Source: Chitinophagaceae bacterium (lineage in GTDB: Bacteria; Bacteroidota; Bacteroidia; Chitinophagales; Chitinophagaceae). Taken from it: DNA of 50,844 bases. How positions within the stretch are numbered: position 1 is the stretch's first letter; each line of letters starts with the position of its first letter. Positions 45,020 through 50,844 of the stretch are shown in pieces. The stretch lies in NCBI GenBank assembly GCA_046301455.1, contig JBKCJY010000400.1, positions 1 through 50,844 of the forward strand, read 5' to 3'. Under the pieces are notes generated by a model that saw only the letters and a program-made list of their open reading frames with translations, had not been told where the DNA came from and did no database searches. The translations under genes were made by a program, and so were the position numbers.

Positions 45020-47878
45020 ATGGGTAAAGAGGTACAAGAAAGGGCAGTAGTTGCATCAATGCCGGTTTCCAAAGAAAATATTTTTATAAAGGGGGCGAGG
45101 GTTCACAACCTCAAAAATGTTTCTGTTACCATACCACGTAACAAACTCATTGTTGTTACTGGTGTAAGCGGCAGTGGCAAATCATCTCTTACCATAGATA
45201 CATTGTATGCTGAAGGACAAAGACGTTATGCAGAAAGTTTAAGTGCTTATGCCCGCCAGTTCCTCAACCGCATGAACAAACCGGATGTGGATTACATAAA
45301 AGGTTTGTGCCCGGCCATTGCTATTGAACAAAAAGTGATCACCCGCACACCACGTTCTACTGTTGGAAGTATGACGGAGATTTATGATTACCTGCGTTTG
45401 CTTTTTGCACGTGTGGGCAAAACCATTTCTCCCGTAAGTGGACGAGAAGTAAAAAAAGATGATGTGCCCGATGTAGTGAAAGCTGTGCAGCAATGCAAGG
45501 ATGGAGCAAAGTTGCTGATGCTTGTAAAATTTCCCATGCATGCCAAGCGAAATGTAAAAGAAGAACTCAGTATTTTATTGCAGAAGGGATTTACAAGAGT
45601 TTATAAGAAAGTTGAAAGTAAAAAGTCAAAATTAAAAAGTGAAGAAAGTGAAATACTTTCTATTGAAGATTTACTGGAGTTGAAAGATAAAGATCTGAAA
45701 GCACTATTCACTATTGACAACTCACAATTCACTATTTATGTTTTAATTGACCGACTCATTGTTAAAGATTTTGATGAAGATGATCTGCACCGCATTGCAG
45801 ATAGTGCCGGCACTGCATTTTATGAAGGTGAAGGAGAAATGTATTTGGAACCGGATGAAAAAGAGTTGATTCCTTTCTCTAACAAGTTTGAGCTGGATGG
45901 AATTAAGTTTGAAGAACCCGTGCCCAATTTATTTTCATTCAACAATCCATATGGTGCTTGTCCTGTATGTGAAGGATTTAGCCAGGTGCTTGGTATTGAT
46001 GAAGATTTGGTGATACCTGATAAAAGTTTGAGTGTATATGAGGGGGCCATCGCCCCGTGGAAAGGAGAGAAGCTGGGCTGGTGGAGAGAACAGTTTATAA
46101 AAAATACGGGTCGTTCTTTTCCTGTACACAAAGCCATTGCTGATTTAACCAAAGAACAATACAGGCAGTTGTGGGAAGGCGTTGGTACAGCTTTAGGTAT
46201 TGATGATTTTTTTAAAGAAGTTGAAAGTAATTTATACAAGGTACAATACCGAGTATTACTGAGCCGCTACCGTGGGCGAACAACATGTACAGATTGTAAA
46301 GGTTACAGATTGCGCAAAGAGGCATTGTATATAAAAGTTGGCGGCAGGCATATTGGTGAGTTGTGTGAAATGCCGGTGAAAGATTTAAAAGTTTGGTTTG
46401 ATGAACTGCAGTTGAGTGCATATGATCGACAGGTGGGCAAACGTATTTTAATTGAAATACATAACCGCATTCAAACATTATTGCACGTGGGACTTGGTTA
46501 TTTAACATTGAGCCGTTTGGCCAATACATTGAGCGGCGGAGAGAGTCAACGGATACAGCTTACACGTTCACTGGGAAGTAACTTAACCGATTCGCTTTAT
46601 ATATTAGACGAGCCCAGTATTGGTTTGCATCCAAGAGATACATCCAATCTCATAAATGTTTTAAAAGAGTTGCGTAATCTGGGTAACACCGTTGTTGTAG
46701 TGGAGCATGATGAAATGATGATGCGTGAAGCAGATCATATTATTGACATGGGTCCGCTGGCAAGTCATTTGGGTGGTGAAGTAATTGCTGAAGGAAATTA
46801 TGATGCTATCATCAGTAATCCCAAAAGTTTAACGGGTAAATATTTAAGCGGCGCCAAACAAATTGATGATTTTGGTAAACCCCGTAAATGGAACAGAAGT
46901 ATTAAGGTTGAAGGTGCACGGCAGCATAGTTTAAAAAATATTACAGTTGAGTTTCCTTTGAATGTATTGTGTGTGGTGAGTGGTGTGAGCGGAAGCGGTA
47001 AAACAACACTGGTAAAAAATATTTTATATCCCGCACTCAGCAAACTTAAAGGTGAGTTTGGCGATAGGGCAGGTATGCACAAACAAATAACTGGTGATGT
47101 CGATTCCATAGCTGAAATAGAAATGGTAGATCAGAATCCAATTGGTAAGAGCAGCAGAAGTAACCCGGTTACTTATATCAAAGCTTATGATGAAATACGA
47201 GAGTTGTATGCTGATCAACCGTTGAGTAAGATACGTGGCTTTATGCCCAAACATTTTTCATTCAATGTAGATGGTGGAAGATGTGATGCATGTAAAGGTG
47301 AGGGAGAGCAAATTGTTGAAATGCAGTTTTTGGCTGATGTACACCTTACGTGTGAGGTATGTGGCGGCAAACGTTTTAAAGAAGAAGTGCTTGAAGTGAA
47401 GTATAATGATAAAAGTATTCATGATATACTGGAGATGAGTGTAGATGAAGCGCTGGAATTTTTCAGACTGGAAAAAGATTTGGTGAAGAAATTATCACCA
47501 TTGGCTGATGTGGGGTTAGGTTATATTAAACTCGGCCAAAGCAGTGATACATTGAGCGGCGGTGAAGCACAACGTGTTAAACTTGCCTCCTTCCTTGGAA
47601 GAGGAAACGGAAGCGGGAATATTTTATTCATTTTTGATGAGCCAACTACGGGCCTTCATTTTAACGACATCAATAAACTGCTTAAAAGCTTTCATGCGTT
47701 GATTGAAAAAGGCCACTCCGTTATTGTAATTGAACATAACACCGATGTAATTAAACGAGCTGACTGGCTCATTGATCTGGGACCGGAAGCAGGTGATAGC
47801 GGCGGTGAGTTGGTATTTGCAGGCTTACCAAAAACTATAAAAAACTGCAAGCAAAGCATTACTGCTTCATATTTGTGA
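45020..47878 (+). CDS. uvrA: Excinuclease ABC subunit A
   Basis: GARVHNLKN, two GVSGSGK Walker A motifs, LSGGE signatures, FSFN, CxxC zinc fingers. Confidence 0.97.
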   Translation: MGKEVQERAVVASMPVSKENIFIKGARVHNLKNVSVTIPRNKLIVVTGVSGSGKSSLTIDTLYAEGQRRYAESLSAYARQFLNRMNKPDVDYIKGLCPAIAIEQKVITRTPRSTVGSMTEIYDYLRLLFARVGKTISPVSGREVKKDDVPDVVKAVQQCKDGAKLLMLVKFPMHAKRNVKEELSILLQKGFTRVYKKVESKKSKLKSEESEILSIEDLLELKDKDLKALFTIDNSQFTIYVLIDRLIVKDFDEDDLHRIADSAGTAFYEGEGEMYLEPDEKELIPFSNKFELDGIKFEEPVPNLFSFNNPYGACPVCEGFSQVLGIDEDLVIPDKSLSVYEGAIAPWKGEKLGWWREQFIKNTGRSFPVHKAIADLTKEQYRQLWEGVGTALGIDDFFKEVESNLYKVQYRVLLSRYRGRTTCTDCKGYRLRKEALYIKVGGRHIGELCEMPVKDLKVWFDELQLSAYDRQVGKRILIEIHNRIQTLLHVGLGYLTLSRLANTLSGGESQRIQLTRSLGSNLTDSLYILDEPSIGLHPRDTSNLINVLKELRNLGNTVVVVEHDEMMMREADHIIDMGPLASHLGGEVIAEGNYDAIISNPKSLTGKYLSGAKQIDDFGKPRKWNRSIKVEGARQHSLKNITVEFPLNVLCVVSGVSGSGKTTLVKNILYPALSKLKGEFGDRAGMHKQITGDVDSIAEIEMVDQNPIGKSSRSNPVTYIKAYDEIRELYADQPLSKIRGFMPKHFSFNVDGGRCDACKGEGEQIVEMQFLADVHLTCEVCGGKRFKEEVLEVKYNDKSIHDILEMSVDEALEFFRLEKDLVKKLSPLADVGLGYIKLGQSSDTLSGGEAQRVKLASFLGRGNGSGNILFIFDEPTTGLHFNDINKLLKSFHALIEKGHSVIVIEHNTDVIKRADWLIDLGPEAGDSGGELVFAGLPKTIKNCKQSITASYL
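45608..45736. repeat. Two roughly complementary heptamer arrays inside uvrA
   Basis: aaagttg aaagtaa aaagtca aaattaa aaagtga (45608-45642) and cactatt cactatt gacaact cacaatt cactatt (45702-45736). Confidence 0.8.
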
Positions 47879-48052
47879 TTTTTTTCCGTTTTCCGTTTAA
47901 CTTAAGAGACTCAAAATTTTGAAGCGTTGTGAATGATGTTTCTTACATCTACATTCGGAGCAGAAACATGATGAGAAATTTTTAAATATTGCTGCGAAAT
48001 TCAGAGGCCTCACAAGTCACAGATTTCTTTACTGTTTTACAAGCTGAACTGA

Positions 48053-48460
48053 TTATCTTAATCTGTCCATACTTTTTATTAACCTTTCGTCTTTCCGTAT
48101 ACCCAACCATGCTAAAATAAAAAACAAGGGTATAGCAAATGTAAATACAGAAGTGAGGGCAAAGTTTCCTGTTTCAAACTCTTTTAACCGTGTGATGTAC
48201 ATTATAACCACTGCAATCTGAAGTAATAACCCCAGCAGCGTTAACTGTATTTGTTGTTTTCTGTTTTTAAATAAAAAAATTGCGAACAAACCTGTTAACG
48301 CTACAGCAACGGATAGAACAAGCAACAAGAAATGTGACTGGCCATTCAGCTCTGTAAAAATATTGTTGGCTTTTATTCCACTGTAAAATGAAAATTTTAA
48401 ACTGGCTAGTGATGATGCGGCTGCCAGTAACAGCCAAATAGATTGAATTCGTTGTATCAT
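48053..48460 (-). CDS. DUF4293 family membrane protein
   Basis: MIQRIQSIWL...IFLFKNRKQQ...IRKDERLIKSMDRLR signature. Confidence 0.88.
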   Translation of the reverse strand: MIQRIQSIWLLLAAASSLASLKFSFYSGIKANNIFTELNGQSHFLLLVLSVAVALTGLFAIFLFKNRKQQIQLTLLGLLLQIAVVIMYITRLKEFETGNFALTSVFTFAIPLFFILAWLGIRKDERLIKSMDRLR

Positions 48461-48471
48461 AAAAAAAGTTT

Positions 48472-49749
48472 TTATCCTAACTCAGGATACAGCGGAAACT
48501 GCTGCATAAACGTTTTTACATCAGCCTTTACTGTTTCAATTACTGTTGCATCATCTGCATTCATCAGCACTTTGTTAATCATATCAACAACAGTATTCAT
48601 GTGTGCTTCTTTCAAACCTCTAGTGGTTATTGCAGGAACACCGACACGTATACCGCTTGTTACAAATGGTGATTTATCATCATTGGGAACAGAATTTTTA
48701 TTGAGCGTAATATGTGCTTTGTCTAAAGTTTCCTGTGCTTTTTTACCGGTGATGTTTTTGTTGCGGAGGTCAATCAACATAAGATGATTATCAGTGCCGC
48801 TGCTGATGAGCTGGTAATCTTTATCAACAAATGCTTTGGCCATGGCCTGTGCATTTGAAATTACCTGCTGACCGTAAGCTTTAAAATCTTCGGTTAATAT
48901 TTCACCAAAAGCAATTGCTTTTGCAGCAATTACATGTTCTAACGGTCCGCCCTGCATGCCGGGGAACACTGCCAGATCAAGCATTGAACTCATCATCCTT
49001 AAATTGCCCTTAGGATCTTTTACACCAAACGGATTTTCAAAATCATGACGTAGCATAATAATACCGCCACGTGGACCACGCAATGTTTTATGAGTAGTTG
49101 ATGTTACAATATGACAATGGTCAAACGGATCGTTCAACAAGCCTGTTGCAATTAAACCAGCAGGGTGTGCAATATCAGCCAAAACCAGTGCACCAATTTC
49201 ATCAGCCACAGCACGGATGCGTTTGTAATCCCAATCACGGCTATAAGCGCTTGCACCGCAGATAATCATCTTTGGTTTTTCAGTTCTTGCTTTCTCTTCC
49301 AATTGCTCATAGTTTACCAATCCATCTTTGGTAACACCGTAATGAACGGCACGGTAATTTTTCCCACTAAAGTTAGCCGGGCTGCCATGCGTTAAATGTC
49401 CGCCCATGCTCAAATCCAATCCAAGAATGGTATCACCCGGTTTTAAACAGGCCATGAATACAGCTGTGTTTGCCTGTGCGCCACTATGCGGCTGCACATT
49501 GGCCCAACTGGCGTTGAATACTTGTTTCAAACGTTCAATGGCGAGGGTTTCCACCTGGTCCACAATTTCACAACCACCATAGTAACGCTTGCCGGGATAG
49601 CCCTCTGCATACTTATTGGTGAGGCTGGTACCCATGGCTTCCATTACCTGTAAGGAAGTAAAATTTTCTGAAGCAATCAATTCAATACCATTACGCTGGC
49701 GTTGCAGTTCCTGGTTAATCAGATCGAAGATGACGGTATCTTTTTGCAT
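48472..49749 (-). CDS. glyA: Serine hydroxymethyltransferase
   Basis: [40 protein letters not shown] (PLP lysine). Confidence 0.99.
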   Translation of the reverse strand: MQKDTVIFDLINQELQRQRNGIELIASENFTSLQVMEAMGTSLTNKYAEGYPGKRYYGGCEIVDQVETLAIERLKQVFNASWANVQPHSGAQANTAVFMACLKPGDTILGLDLSMGGHLTHGSPANFSGKNYRAVHYGVTKDGLVNYEQLEEKARTEKPKMIICGASAYSRDWDYKRIRAVADEIGALVLADIAHPAGLIATGLLNDPFDHCHIVTSTTHKTLRGPRGGIIMLRHDFENPFGVKDPKGNLRMMSSMLDLAVFPGMQGGPLEHVIAAKAIAFGEILTEDFKAYGQQVISNAQAMAKAFVDKDYQLISSGTDNHLMLIDLRNKNITGKKAQETLDKAHITLNKNSVPNDDKSPFVTSGIRVGVPAITTRGLKEAHMNTVVDMINKVLMNADDATVIETVKADVKTFMQQFPLYPELG

Positions 49750-49830
49750 GAATTTGAAATTGGTTAATTGATTTATTATTTATTACATCACTTCCGGAAA
49801 GCAATGAAAGCAGTGTTGCTCCAACGGCCG

Positions 49831-49838
49831 CAAAAATA
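49831..49838 (-). promoter_or_regulatory. -7 promoter element of glyA
   Basis: TATTTTTG(C) on the - strand, about 80 nt upstream of the ATG. Confidence 0.65.
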
Positions 49839-49957
49839 AGGCGGTAAACAATGAGGTAGTGCTTTTGTTATAAACAGATTCTTTACAAATTCCATAATAA
49901 AGGCGTTTCTTTAAAAAGTGCTACTTTAGCCGCCCCTGATTGTACCAAACTTTTGAA

Positions 49958-50844
49958 ATGAAGGCAATTATCCCTGTGGCTGGTGCAGGTACCAAACTGC
50001 GGCCGCATACATATACTCAACCCAAAGCATTAATTCCCATTGCTGGTAAAACCGTGCTCAGTATCATCGTTGACCAATTGCGTGATGCAGGCATCAACGA
50101 TTTTGTGTTTGTGGTGGGATACCTGGGCGACAAAATTCAGGACTATGTAAAAGAAACGTTCCCCGGCATTAATGCAGGTTTTGTGCAGCAGGGCGATCGT
50201 GAAGGTCTGGGTCATGCTGTACTGCTCACTAAAGAACTGGTGGGTATTGATGAAGTGGTAATAGTGCTGGGCGATACCATTTGCGAATACGATGTAAAAT
50301 CAGTTCTGCATGCACCTACTTCGGTGCTGGGTGTGAAGAAAGTAGATGACCCACGCAGTTTTGGTGTGGCTGATGTGGAAGAAGATGGAAGCATTTCCCG
50401 AGTTGTGGAAAAACCGCAGATACCAAAAAGCAATATGGCGCTGGTGGGCATTTATAAAATCAAGGAAACAGCCATGTTGTATGATTGCCTTCAAACCAAT
50501 TACCGTGACGGGGTAAAAAACCGTGATGAATACAGTTTAACCGATGCACTCGAATGCATGATTGGCCAGGGCGCAAAGTTCAACAGTTTTAAAGTGCTCA
50601 ACTGGTTTGATTGCGGCAACAAAGAATCATTACTTGAAAGCAATGCCACACTGCTTAAAAAATTCGGCACTTCTATTTCGCCCGACCATCGTTTTGAAAA
50701 TGTAATTGTAGTAGAGCCCGTGAGCATTGGTAAAAATTGTGAAATCAAAAACTCCATCATTGGTCCTAATGTGGCCGTGGGCGATAATACCACCATCAAC
50801 TATTCCATTATTAAAGAGAGCATCATTGGCAGCTATGCTGATTT
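49958..50844 (+). CDS. Sugar-phosphate nucleotidyltransferase (long-form glucose-1-phosphate thymidylyltransferase-like), 3' truncated by the window
   Basis: MKAIIPVAGAGTKLRPHTYTQPKALIPIAGK..., GLGHAV, LGD, VEKP, WFDCG, start of hexapeptide repeats; absent from the ORF track because it has no stop in the window. Confidence 0.93.
   Translation, partial: MKAIIPVAGAGTKLRPHTYTQPKALIPIAGKTVLSIIVDQLRDAGINDFVFVVGYLGDKIQDYVKETFPGINAGFVQQGDREGLGHAVLLTKELVGIDEVVIVLGDTICEYDVKSVLHAPTSVLGVKKVDDPRSFGVADVEEDGSISRVVEKPQIPKSNMALVGIYKIKETAMLYDCLQTNYRDGVKNRDEYSLTDALECMIGQGAKFNSFKVLNWFDCGNKESLLESNATLLKKFGTSISPDHRFENVIVVEPVSIGKNCEIKNSIIGPNVAVGDNTTINYSIIKESIIGSYAD

Noticed and set aside
48001-48040. Possible sixth copy of the interspersed repeat (reverse complement acagtaaagaaatctgtgac)
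   Set aside because: Only a short partial match; the downstream block is not recognisable
49750-49830. ZTP or glycine riboswitch upstream of glyA
   Set aside because: Only short hairpins; conserved aptamer motifs not recognisable
161-50799. Numerous 60-180 aa antisense or out-of-frame ORFs in the track
   Set aside because: Shadows of well-supported genes, with no motifs or start contexts of their own

Overview
Core-genome window from an AT-rich Bacteroidota bacterium. Chitinophagaceae-like is an inference from TAnnTTTG promoters, A-rich start regions without Shine-Dalgarno motifs, and protein style. The left third is the dcw cluster (mraZ-rsmH-ftsL-ftsI-murE-mraY-murD-ftsW-murG-murC-ftsQ-ftsA-ftsZ), in which ftsQ carries an in-frame TAA. 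It is followed by queA, kup, two alpha/beta hydrolases, a YceI / outer-membrane beta-barrel / YceI operon with Crp/Fnr-type boxes, two S66 LD-carboxypeptidases, metG, a FadN-type beta-oxidation enzyme, DJ-1, a metzincin, an ABC exporter, a TIGR01777 oxidoreductase, a secreted protein with a Trp-rich insert, a membrane protein, purQ, a split DsbD system, an ECF-type sigma factor, uvrA, DUF4293, glyA and a partial sugar-nucleotidyltransferase. No rRNA, tRNA, CRISPR array, transposase or phage gene was seen. Best candidates for novelty: (1) the YceI-barrel-YceI module; (2) a degenerate ~65-95 nt interspersed repeat with five copies, two of which carry the same palindrome inserted at the same site; (3) heptamer-repeat arrays inside uvrA and metG and upstream of murD; (4) a DsbD with a Cys-less alpha domain next to a stand-alone Cys-containing alpha protein; (5) a recurring CCnnTGAA motif in dcw spacers; (6) an unannotated 36-aa membrane ORF and a frameshifted DUF3052-like gene. 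All family assignments are by eye, without database searches.
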